Origin: Zygnema circumcarinatum SAG 698-1b
Lineage: Eukaryota > Plantae > Zygnematophyceae
DNA length: 64,000 nt
NCBI GenBank assembly: GCA_037447605.1
Contig: CM074804.1
Location: 2,294,001 to 2,358,000 of the forward strand
Direction of reading: 5' to 3'
Positions 53,334 through 64,000 of the stretch are shown piece by piece (the stretch's first letter is position 1; the number at the start of each line of letters is the position of its first letter). The notes below the pieces were generated by a model that made no database searches, had not been told where the DNA came from, and saw nothing but the letters and a program-made list of their open reading frames with translations. Position numbers and translations under genes: made by a program.

Positions 53334-56049
53334 CGGGAGAGAGAGAGAGAGAGAGAGTGTATACTACAGTTCCAATACTCAAATATTTGAAAGAACCCTG
53401 AAGCCTTCATAAATTCCCCTATACCGCTTACGCCTGTTTTAAACCCTCAAGGTTTTCTTGAAAACTCCGACTTCAATATGCTGCCTTCTGCATCTGCGCA
53501 GCGTGAAAGTTGGGTCCTGCTTACAGTCCAGGAATGTTTCATCTTTTGAATGCTGCAATGTTCTGCACATGATGGGAGAGCAAGCAGCAAAGCAGCCGGG
53601 GGGTGGTGCGGGGTTGAGCAGGCAGAGGCAGCCGCGGCTTCCCCCTTAAAGGGAGGGAGGGAGGAGGGCCCTGCCAGTGAGGGGGCGGAGGGAGGGGCTG
53701 CTCCCGGGGGGTCAAGACCGGTGCGAACTTTTGCCCTAATTTATGAACAAGTCGAGTTTGGGGAGCTCAAGTTATCATCATCTATACGCGTCATTTTTAA
53801 TTGTGCATCATCATCATCTTCATCATCAAGATATATATCATTCATTCATGCTTATCATTATGCGTCAGCAGCATCGACAAAGGTTGAGAAACTGGACGAG
53901 TTTGAAACGTCAAGCGTCTTCTACTTCTCATGCTTGTCCGAAACCCTGATCTGTCTAATTACCAACAAAGGATCGAACATGTTGCTAGAGAATGGACACT
54001 CAAAATAGCAGCGATTTTACATGATGTGAAGAACATGTTCGTCTGCTTCGATTCATTCATGATCAAGATTCCCCGATCCTCCTATATGCATGCATGCATG
54101 TGCATATGCCTAGAAAACTGACACGTGGCAGTCAGGGCTGCAGCCACGTGTGTACGTCCGCGGCCTGCGATTGGCCCAGACGGTGGAGAAGGCCGCGAGC
54201 ACTGCCGGCAGCCGACTCGCCAAACGCATCGAACAGACGCTGGAGGAGCTCGGGGTGGGTTTGGGGTTCAACTCTGAACTCTGAAGTCAAATTGAATTGA
54301 GTTTGCAAACTCTGCAGTACTTTCCTCTTGATCGTGATGAGGGGAAGTTGGGTCAGGTTGATAGCGCATTTTTTTTTTTTTTCCCTTTCTTTTTGTTTTG
54401 TTTTATTTTTATTATTTGTTATTTTTGTTGTGTAGGTCCGTCCGAAACCGGAAGTACCCACAAGGGCTGTCTGTGCGGAATACATCGCTCTGAGGAAGGA
54501 GGTGGTTGCTTTGCTTAATCTGCAGAAAAGGGTAAGAAAGTCAATTTTTTTCCTGTTATGTGCTGGTTTTCAAATTTACCAGCGTTTGGGGTTTGAAGTG
54601 TGTAGGATTATGGTTTGGGGGGGCTTTGTCGTATTACTTTGAGAAGCACATTGGAGGGAGAGGGAGGGCGAGAGGGAGCAGGTTCAATGGAAGGAGAATG
54701 AATTGGTCCTCTTGCGGAACAATCCTCATGCGGAGGTCGGTGCAGGGCAGGGAGGGGGGAAGGTGAGGATTTGCCCTTCTCAGCTAAAAAGGAAAGGGAA
54801 AGTAAAATTTCAGGCAGAGAGCTAAAAATAGCAAACTTACCTTTAGGCAGAATCTGAATATTGTGATTTTTTGTTGCTGGATGTTGCACGACTGAATCGA
54901 TTCAGTTCATGTCCATTTTATTCCGTTCCGTTCTTCTCTCTTCTGTCCCATTCTTTCTGTTCTGTTCCGTTCTGTTTAGTTTTCTCTTGTTTTGTTTTGT
55001 CTAATTCGGGAGCAGAGAACGGCTCGCGGGAGAGAGGAGGCGGAGCGGATGAGCACGCGAGCAGCAGCTGCTTCTGCAGACTGGGACGCTCCCTCGGGTG
55101 AGAGAGGCGAGGGGGAGGGAGGAGGGGGTAGTGGGAGGAGAGGTGGGGAGGGGAGCTGGGAGGGGGAGAGGAGGAAAGGGGGAGGAGGGGAGGGAGGAGA
55201 GGAAGGAGGGGAGTAGAGGGCTGGAGAGGAGTGAGGGGGAGAAAGAGAGGGGAGGTGTCCTGGAGGAGAGGAATGGGGAAGGGGAGTGGAGGAGATGAGT
55301 ATGTGAAATGGGGAAGGAGGAGAAGAGGGGAGCTGTGAGGAAGAAGGTAGCGAGAGTGGACGAGAGGAGCAGAGTGGGAGTGGAGGAGGGAGGAGGGGAG
55401 GAAAGGGAGATTGGGAGAGTGAAAAGGGAGAGGAGAGGAGAATAGTAGAGGGCGGAGATTAGGAGAGGAAGGGATAGCTGACGAGAGGATAGGAATTGGG
55501 AAAAGGGGAGGTGAGGAGGAGAGGAGTGGGGAAGGGAGGATGGGGAGAGGTGGAGGGGAAGAGAGGAGAGGGGGAGGCGAGGAATAGAGAAGTGGAGAGG
55601 AGATGGGGAAGGGAATGGGAGGGGGAGGTGTGAGGAGGGAGGGAGTCGGGGGGGCAGGAGGGGGAGAATGAAGAAGTTGGGGAGGCTAAAATCTGCACAC
55701 GGACATAAAAACGTCGAAGTCAGTAACTTCGATTTAATTTCTTTTATTTTGTGATTCTATTGATGAGTGTGGTGGGAATCTTTGTTTGTGCAGCTGAGAG
55801 ACCCGTAAAGCGGGAAAATACTCGGAAGGTAAGTTATTGTCCTATTAGGCCTCTGAATTCGAAGCTTGAAATACAATTGTGTTCTTAGGGCGAGGTTCTT
55901 GGCATTAAAAAGAAAAGTACTTCAAAAATAAAAAGAAGTTTTTTTTTGCACTGGTGCAGGTGGTGCGAGCTTCTGACGCCGGTGTCGGCCAATCAGGAGC
56001 TGCGTCTCAAAACAGACGGGCACGGAAAATGAAAAATACTGACGATTGA
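50631..56049 (+). CDS. SWC4: SWR1/NuA4 complex subunit SWC4 (DMAP1/EAF2), SANT domain
   Basis: Exons give [10 protein letters not shown]...RKPDGVSRE / VYALTGG / [22 protein letters not shown] / [16 protein letters not shown] / [27 protein letters not shown]...[11 protein letters not shown] / [19 protein letters not shown] / [10 protein letters not shown] / [15 protein letters not shown] / ERPVKRE / [11 protein letters not shown]. Confidence 0.95.
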
Positions 56050-56767
56050 AGCTTTTGTAGACGGGCAGAAAAAAAGTGGGGGGAATTGCATTGTGCTTTG
56101 AATTTTTGTTGGCTCACTGTAATCTATAAATAAGGCTCTCTACTTCGTTTTTTTCTTGGAACAGGACACAACTTAGTGCTTTCCTCCCTCTCCCTGCCTC
56201 CCCTCTCCCTCTCCCTCCCCCGTCTCCCCCTCTCCCTGTGTCTCTCTCCAACTCCCATTGTCTCACTGTTTACTCTTTGTCTGAGTGACATGTCTCGCGC
56301 CCCTGCAGTGTCAGCTTAGGGGTGGGTGGGCAGCCATTCTTGTTATCTTTATATAAAAGCTCCCTGCAAGTGTCAGGTCACGTGGCCACATGTCATGTCA
56401 CGTCACACATGGACACGTCATGCCATATATCTTGCGTCAAGAAAAATGTTTGTGACGTTACAATGTCGTTTTTCAAAAGATTCTACAAGTGACATCAGCG
56501 TGAAAGCAGCCAAAACGGTAAGAATCGCTCCTTTGGACATGTCAAACGAAAATAAGTAACGTCCAAAATGAACTGTTTCCAATGTACAATTCTCCGAGAC
56601 CTTTTTCTGACCTCGTGACTGGTTCTTTTTTTTTTATCCATTTTGACATAATGTACACCCGCGTATGTACGCATCCCCAAACTGTGCTATTGTCAAAGGT
56701 GAAACATGTTCTGGGCTTGACCAAATTCCATTGATTTGACTAATCCCATCCGTTTGCATTCTTCGGC

Positions 56768-58507
56768 TTAGATTTCTCCGTCCCACAACTCCTCCTTTGT
56801 CTCGTACGGACTCCCCTCCAGCCCAACAAGCAAGCCATCCACCACCTTCTGTTGGGGTTCCATCTTTGAAAGTGCTTCAAAATCTTCTGGAAGGAGCTCC
56901 CATCCAAACAGATCAATGTTCTCCTTCATGCGCTCCGGCTTCGTTGACTTCGGGAGAACAGTACATGCTCTCTGCACGGAACCATGTGATACCCCAAACG
57001 CTTCAATAACCAATCCATCATGCATTGGTGTCATTTTTCAGCATGATATGTGAACCATGCATCAGACACTATGAGTCATAGCATGGCCATAGTTCCTAGA
57101 GGGCATAAAAGGGGGGATGTCGCATGACTGACAACAATGCCCACCTGAATGTTCCATCGGAGAAGCACCTGACCAGGTGTCTTATTCATCTTCTTTGCAA
57201 TGTTCACAACAACGGAATGCGCCACTAGAGGGGTAGACTTGTGCTCCGCAGGGTCCTCAAACTCGCTGCCTTGAGACCCAAGTGGGGAATAAGCTGCACT
57301 TGCAAGATAAACACTTGTAAACACTCTGTTGAAACCAAACAAACCATTAAATACTGTAAAAACCAACAGCCCACATTGCGTCTTCATGTCAATCCCCTCA
57401 TTTTGTTGAAGAAACGAACAGATTCTGATCGTCTGTCACCTTCAACATGAATCCCCTTGGTTCTGCAGAAGTTGATGATTTTCTCATTCCTCCAGCCCGG
57501 ATGCGCTTCAACTTGATTCACTGCCGGCACAATAAGAGCCGATCGAAGCAAATTTTCGAGTTTATAGACTGAAAAATTGCTCACTCCAATGGCTTTGACT
57601 TTTCCCTGCCCAGCGAGCTGCTCGAGTTTGTGCCACGTGCTCTCCATTTCAACAGGGTGAAAATCCTCCGGCTTTGGCGGCATAGAGGCGTTCGGATGAA
57701 GGCGGATGGGCCAGTGAATGAGGTATAGATCTAGGTAGTCGAGCTGTGATAAAGAATGGCAGAGCACAATGAGTTATGTGAAGAAAATTTGACTGGATAT
57801 TGGTGTCCAGTGTGAAAGGAGAGGGAAGGGAGAGAAGGGGGCGGGTGAGGGAGAGAGGGAAAGAAAGTGGAGGGGAAGAGAGGAAAGATAGAAGGATTGA
57901 AGGAAGTGAAGGGGAAGAGTGTGAGAAATACAAGAGAAAGCAGAGAGAGCGAGAGAGAGAGAGGGAGAGAAAGAGAGAGAGGGAGAGAGAGAGAGAAAGA
58001 GGACACACCTGCAAGTTCTTCAGAGTAGCTTCCAGGCCCGCCTCCACATCATCCGGCCCTGTGTGCGTCACCCACAGCTTCGATGTGATGAACACGTCTT
58101 CTCGCTTAATTTCACCTTCTGCCCACACCTGCGACCCCCCCCCACCCAAAAAGCGGTAGCATAAAAAAGTGAGTAATCCATTCCAAAAAGCACAAGCCAC
58201 TCTCCAGGAAACATCAATCTCTATTGCAAACAAACATTGTAAATTAAAAAATGGCAAAAAAATCCGAATTCTATAAGAAACTCACCTCTTGAAGCGCGGC
58301 GCCGATCTCCTCCTCGTTTTTGTATGCTGCGGCGCAATCAATGTGCCGATACCCCGCCTCCTTGAGAGCATAATGAATGACGTCTTTCATAGCCCCCGGC
58401 TCCGCCCGCCACGTGCCCAGCCCGACCCCGGGAATGCGCGCGCCCGTGTTCAGCTCGAAGGCGATCTGCCGCCCGAGAGGGCCCGCCCCGTCGCTGCCCC
58501 GCCCCAT
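56768..58507 (-). CDS. NADPH-dependent aldo-keto reductase (AKR4C/AKR1-like)
   Basis: [15 protein letters not shown]...[18 protein letters not shown] / [11 protein letters not shown] / [12 protein letters not shown]...[11 protein letters not shown]...[10 protein letters not shown] / AYSPLGS...[10 protein letters not shown] / [15 protein letters not shown]...ELWDGEI*. Confidence 0.95.
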
Positions 58508-59041
58508 GCTCGCACTCAAAGGCACAGGAGGAACTCGCGACGGCGAACTTCAATTCCTGCGCTTTGCCTCTCTCCTCGCCGTCCCTCCCACTGCCTCTCC
58601 CTCGTCGTGCGTCTCTCCCTCCCCTCTCTCTCTCTCTCCCCCCTCGAGCCGGGCATGGCATGCCATGTGGCGCTACAAGTAGCGCGCACTTTCCACATGG
58701 TTTATACAGGTGGCAACTTACGCGTGCGAATCGTCACGTGGCAGTTGCTGGGTATAGCAATGGTGCCAGCGCATGCGCTGACAGCGGTTGCCTGCCACGA
58801 GGCAGCTCGATCGAGGAAGTCGAACCGTCGATCCCTTTGCATTGCAGGGCGTTGGAAGGATAACGGCCGTCGATCTTTACCACGTGGACGACGGTACGGA
58901 ACAGGTGGAATGTACAAACTAAACAGCGGCAGTTGCGGTGAACCACGTAGAGCTTCACTTTGGAAAGTGGTTGGCGGCAGAAAGCAGGTCGGATTGGATG
59001 GATTTGACTCTCGACTCTCAATTCAATGGGTTTCAACTCTC

Positions 59042-59077
59042 GACTTGCCTTGACTTGCCTTGACTTGCCTTGACTTG
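59042..59077. repeat. 10-bp tandem repeat (TGACTTGCCT) x ~3.5
   Basis: Read directly: gacttgcct tgacttgcct tgacttgcct tgacttg. Confidence 0.9.
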
Positions 59078-59659
59078 GCTTTTTGGAGTTCGAACATGGT
59101 TTGAGAACAAGCCTGGTTTGAAAACTTAGTTATATTTTTAATTTATTTACTAAAATTTTGGTTCTCAGGATTTCAGGAACATTACATTGAAAGTTGCGAA
59201 AATGTCCGTCGAGCACGGGACACCTTCTGTCAAAATCTCTCCATTCCCTGTCTCATTTTCTGTCTCAAGGTTTCACGCACTCTCAAAAACCAAACAACTT
59301 CACCATCTCAAGTTCGCAACCCGTCCACTGTTCTCCTCCAATCCACAAAATTGAATAAATTTATATTTCGCTTCGTGGGTCACATCGATCATCTCTAATG
59401 AAGTATGTACAACTGCCCTGTACGTGTTCTAGAAGCAATTGCGATGTACTTGTTCACTCTTCTCCTAGCGTGACATGTACAAAGCGAAACATTTTGGGCC
59501 CAACCAATCCCCCCCCTCTCCCTTCACCTCAATCCCCACCGAATCCTTACAGCCTCTCTCTTATTCTCGCCTCTACGAATCAGGCAAAACACCAAAGGAA
59601 AAACTTGAAGAAACAAAAATGGTGAGAGAGAAAGAAACCCCGGACAGAAAAAACCATTT

Positions 59660-62052
59660 TTACGACGTTCTATGCTCGCCGTAGTCCGTCGCTACTTTAA
59701 CTCCCCTAGACAGTCCCTTGAGGAAACTAAGCCGCAATCTATGCTCAAGGGAGAACCGTCCCAACGCTGCGATTGTGGAGGTGCTCGAACTCCCCTTTTC
59801 AATCCCCCTCGAAACCATACACATGTGGCTCGCCTCTACCACTACCACCACCCCAATCTCTCCCTCCATGGCCTCTCCCTCTCCTCCCTTCCGCCCCCCC
59901 TCCAGCGCAATGGCTACCGCCTCCGCCACCTGACGCGTCAGCCTCTCCTGGACTTGAGGCCTGCATCCGTACAGCTCCACTATCTCCTCTAACTTTGTAC
60001 GTTGCAGAGCACAAGAGGCACCCCCAATGTACCCGACGTGAACATGCCCAAAAAAGGGGAGCAAATGGTGTTCACACAGCGACGTGACAGGAATGTTCGT
60101 TACCGCATAGAACTGTCCCAACAGACCCCTCTCTCTCTCCTCCCCCTCACTACCCGCTTTCACCCTAATCTCCTGCCCAAAACACGCATATTCAAAAATT
60201 CCGTTTTCGTTACAGGGATTATAAAGCTTCCTAGAATGATCAAAAAGCTCCTCCCTCGTCACTCCCGCGTTCCGATTCAACACATCTTCAAGAGACCGGG
60301 TGCTCCCTCTCGTGGAAACCATAAGCTGCCGGACGAATCTCCGGGCAGTCATCTCTATCTCTCTCAACCCTAAATCTTCTCCCATCCCCCTTAGAAGTGT
60401 CTTCGCCGCGTCTACCATCTCTTCCAGGGATCCACTCCGCGGATCTACCGTAAGATCAACCCCCAAACTGTTCATTTCAGCAATTTCCGAATCTTTCCCA
60501 TCTCGAAGCCAAGTTCCACACTCCAACAGCTCCGGATCTTCTCCATTCGCATACTGCCACCTGTCCTCCTCTATACCCAAAATAGCCCCAAACTCTGCCC
60601 ATAATTCACTTGCTTTCCCACTAAACGCCCCCACTCCTTTGCAGATTACCCTCCTTCCTGCCTTCCAGGTCACTCCCTTGAAGGAATTCGCCTTCTTTTC
60701 CGTGACCCCATTACCGTTTCCTGAAAAATTAGGGTTTCCTCTAGGTACATGGACCCTCTCTACCTCCACAACTTCACCTAAATGCCAACATTCCAGCGCC
60801 ACAACAACTCCCAAAGGCTCAAAAGCTTCATAAACTGCGTTTGCTAATTGCTGCGCTAACCGTTGTGGGGTCTGCAGGCGCCGAGCAAAAGCTTCCGCTA
60901 TTCGAGGGAGTTTGCTGAGCCCAACCACTCTCTCTCCCGCAGGGATGTACGCCAGGTGGCAGCGGATCCGGAAGGGTAGGAGGCAGGCCCTGCAGCAGGA
61001 GAAGAGGTCCACGTCTCTCACTACCACCATTCCTCCCACTCCTCCTCCCCCCCCTTTCACACTTCCTCCTCCCGCGCCTTCTTCTGTAAAGAGCGCTCGG
61101 CCGATAATGTCTCGAGCCGTTTGTCGGGAGCCTGCATGAACTAAACAGGTGTCAATTCCTATTTGGCGGAACCGTTTGAATTGAATTTACTAAGGTTTTG
61201 TACGTTGGTTTTTCAACATTCGTTATGTGAATGACACAAATGCGATTATTGTTAATCGCTCTATTTTCTTTCCGGTCGATTGACGAGATGTTTGGGAATC
61301 CAGAGGTGCATTATCAATACAGCAAAAACAGGTCGCTTATCTTAAAAGACGATGTTACTGTAATTGATGTACTCTAAAAAATGATTTACACTCAAAACTA
61401 TAATAGTAACAGGTGGAGCTTCAATACTGAACAGGGCAATGTGACTCGTCACCGAAACAAAAGAAACGGAAATGCAGAGCAGGACCGACCACTAATATAT
61501 TCTGTCAGCATTTCTTCGGTGAAGCGTGAATTTTTTCAGAGCTAGAAAAGGCCCTCTAATGCATTCGTTAAAGAGTGAACCTTCCCGATAAACTCCTTGG
61601 CACTGGGGAGAGTTAAACACAGCACGTAGCAAAGGAGTCTGTCCTTTGTCTCTCTCCTCTCTCTCTCTCTCTCCTTTTCACACACACACAACTTAGAAAA
61701 ATCCCGAGAAACCAGCTTTGCGAACTCCGCCTATGACCTAAGTGTTCCAAATCACTCAAATCATGTCAACTTCTTGTGTGTGTGAGAGAGAGAGAAAGAG
61801 AGAGAGCGAGAGAGTGAGAGAGAAGGAGAGAGGGAGAGTGAGAGCCCCACCCTTGGTGGCGAAGCGCAGCGCGCGGCCCACCCTGAGCGGCGTGCGCTGC
61901 AGGCCGGGCCGCGCGAGGTCCTCCCCGAGCCCCGCCAGCAGCGCGCGCACCGCCGCCGCCATCGCCGCCAGACTCTCGCCCTCCGCGTCCTCGCTCGACG
62001 CCTCCAAGTCCTCCGCCGCCGCGCCGCACCGCCCCTCCACCTCCGCTGCCAT
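59660..62052 (-). CDS. GCH1: Plant-type two-domain GTP cyclohydrolase I (2 exons)
   Basis: Exon 1 AVRALLAGLGEDLARPGLQRTPLRVGRAL..TK(G) splices in phase to GSRQTARDII...GLSKLPRIAEAFARRLQTPQRL. The second domain has SLCEHHLLPFFG, RPQVQERLTRQVA and HMCMVSRGIEK. Confidence 0.95.
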
Positions 62053-62556
62053 CCTGCAGGGGAGGGAGAGGGGGGAGAGGGAGGGAGGGAGGGAGGGAGG
62101 GAGGGAGGGAGGGAGGGAGGGACACAGGGAGAGGGCGCGCTCGCGGGAATGGGAGAGGGAGAGGGAGAGGGATAAGGCGACGGCGGCTGAGCCTGAGAAA
62201 GAGCCTGAGAGTAGCCGAGGCCACGCGGCAGCGGGAGGGGGGGGCTGAGCCCGCGCCCGGCGGCACTTTTTGGAGCGGGCAGGCCTGGGCAGGCCATGTC
62301 ATTGGCGGAAATAGTGGGCGGGCAGGAATAAAATAGTTTTTCCTGACCGGCAGGACTGTTGGCCTGCGGGCAGTTGCCGCGAAGTTGCCCGTTTGGGTTG
62401 CGACGGAGTTTTGGCTGCGACGAAGGAACGCTCTTCCATGCGCGGCGCGCTGTTGGACGGGCGGTCGCTGCCTTGTTGACGGACCTTGGGATATTTTTGA
62501 ACTAATATTTCATGGAACCGTGAAACGGCCACATGGAACGATTCCTAGCCAAGGAA

Positions 62557-62594
62557 ACCGACTTTAACTAAACTCCAGTTTAGTTAAAGTCGGT
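62557..62594. repeat. Perfect 18-bp inverted repeat with a 2-nt spacer
   Basis: ACCGACTTTAACTAAACT-CC-AGTTTAGTTAAAGTCGGT. Confidence 0.95.
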
Positions 62595-62623
62595 AAAGAT
62601 ACGTGCCTAAGATCCATGGGAGT

Positions 62624-62905
62624 GGAGGGGGAGAGGGAGAGGGAGGGAGGGAGAGGGAGAGGAGAGGGAGAGGGAGAGGGCGAGGGCGAGGCGAGGGCGA
62701 GGGCGGAGGGCGGAGGCGAGGCGAGGCGAAGCGGCGGCGAAGCGAAGCGAAGCGAAGCGAAGCGAAGCGGCGAAGCGGCGAAGCGAAGCGGCGGCGAAGC
62801 GGCGGCGAAGCGGCGAAGCGGCGAGGCGGCGGCGGCGGCGGCGGCGAGGCGAGGCGGCGAAGCGGCGGCGGCGGCGGCGGCGGCGAGGCGAGGCGGCGGC
62901 GGCGA

Positions 62906-62938
<33 letters not shown>

Positions 62939-64000
62939 GCGAGGCGAAGCGGCGGCGAAGCGAAGCGAAGCGGCGAGGCGAGGCGAGGGCGAGGGCGAGG
63001 GAGAGGGAGAGGAGAAGGAGAGGGAGAGGAGAGGGAGAGAGGAGAGGAGAGGGAGAGGGAGAGGGCGAGGGCGAGGCGAGGCGAGGCGAGGCGAGGCGAG
63101 GCGAGGCGAGGCGAGGCGGCGGCGGCGAGGCGGCGGCGGCGAGGCGAGGCGAGGCGGCGAGGCGGCGGCGGCGAGGCGGCGGCGGCGAGGCGAGGCGAGG
63201 CGAGGCGAGGCGAGGCGGCGGCGGCGGCGGCGGCGGCGAGGCGAGGCGAGGGCGAGGGCCAGGGCCAGGGCGAGGGCGAGGCGAGGCGAGGCGAGGCGAG
63301 GGCGAGGGCCAGGGCGAGGGCCAGGGCGAGGGCGAGGCGAGGCGAGGCGAGGCGAAGCGGCGGCGAAGCGAAGCGAAGCGAAGCGAAGCGAAGCGAAGCG
63401 AAGCGGCGAAGCGAAGCGAGAAGCGGCGAAGCGAAGCGGCGGCGAAGCGAAGCGAAGCGGCGAGGCGAGGCGAGGGCGAGGGCGAGGCGGAGGGCGAGGG
63501 CGAGGGAGAGGGAGAGAGGGAGAGGAGAGGAGAGGGAGAGGGAGGGAGAGGAGAGGGAGGGAGAGGAGAGGGAGAGGAGAGGCGAGGCGGCGAGGCGAGG
63601 CGAAGCGGCGAGGCGAGGCGAGGCGAGGCGGCGGCGAAGCGAAGCGAAAGCGAAAGCGAAAGCGAAGCGAAGCGAAGCGAAGCGGCGAAGCGGCGAAGCG
63701 AAGAAGCGAAGCGGCGAGGCGAGGCGAGGGCGAGGGCGAAGGCGAGGGCGAGGGCGAGGGAGAGGGAGAGGAGAGGAGAGGGAGAGAGAGGGAGAGGAGA
63801 GGGAGAGGAGGGAGAGGAGGGAGAGGGAGAGGAGAAGGAGAGGGAGAGGAGAGGGAGAGGAGAAGGGAGAGGAGAGAGGGAGAAGGAGAGGGGAGGAGAG
63901 GAGAGGAGAAGGGAGAGGGAGAGGGAGAGGAGAGGAGGGAGAGGAGGGAGAGGGAGGAGGAGGGAGGGAGAGGGAGAGGGAGGAGAGGGAGAGGGAGGGA
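62624..64000. repeat. T-free, G-rich compound satellite built from GGAGA/GGGAGA, GGGCGA, GGCGA, GGC and GCGAA words; runs off the window edge
   Basis: The last T on the + strand is at 62623; I see none in the remaining 1377 nt. Confidence 0.9.

Noticed and set aside
59660-62052. Two GTP cyclohydrolase domains in one protein, the first lacking CEHH (SCCRAC)
   Set aside because: This is the established architecture of plant GCH1, not novel.
15736-62052. Tyrosinase, two AKRs and GCH1 as a biosynthetic gene cluster
   Set aside because: They are spread over 46 kb among unrelated housekeeping genes, and the two AKRs are different subfamilies. There is no evidence of co-regulation.
62557-62612. 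Hairpin as a Helitron 3' terminus
   Set aside because: The stem is AT-rich, and the nearby CTAA/CTAG are followed by G rather than the T target. No matching 5' TC end was identified.

Overview
This is a gene-dense, intron-rich eukaryotic window from a green plant lineage. It is most likely a streptophyte alga such as a zygnematophyte; this is inferred from the plant-type two-domain GTP cyclohydrolase I, LIP1 GTPase and Root_cap-family genes. By hand-splicing I can support about 14 protein genes: proteasome alpha-6 (PAA1), an intronless CPBP/CAAX protease, LIP1, METTL5, two unrelated aldo-keto reductases, a secreted non-PPO tyrosinase, two unidentified genes, three Root_cap/VWD-like secreted proteins, an Mpv17/PMP22 protein, SWC4/DMAP1 and GCH1. 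There is also an intron-containing tRNA-Tyr(GUA) and four 10-N assembly gaps. The most striking structure is a ~9.7 kb inverted-repeat locus (35049-44777). Two head-to-head Root_cap copies differ at only one base that I could find over ~1.76 kb. They bracket a diverged third paralog that carries two exactly identical patches (128 and 159 bp, conversion-like) and an extra 106-nt intron. Other oddities are a 1377-nt T-free hierarchical satellite preceded by a perfect 18-bp hairpin, a CCAACCATTGG/MSA-like repeat element, dense clusters of GTAC, CCGACA, CATG and W-box motifs, degenerate CCCTAA-like intronic arrays, a GC-AG intron and several purine-rich 3' splice sites. No database searches were run; family calls rest on recognised motifs.
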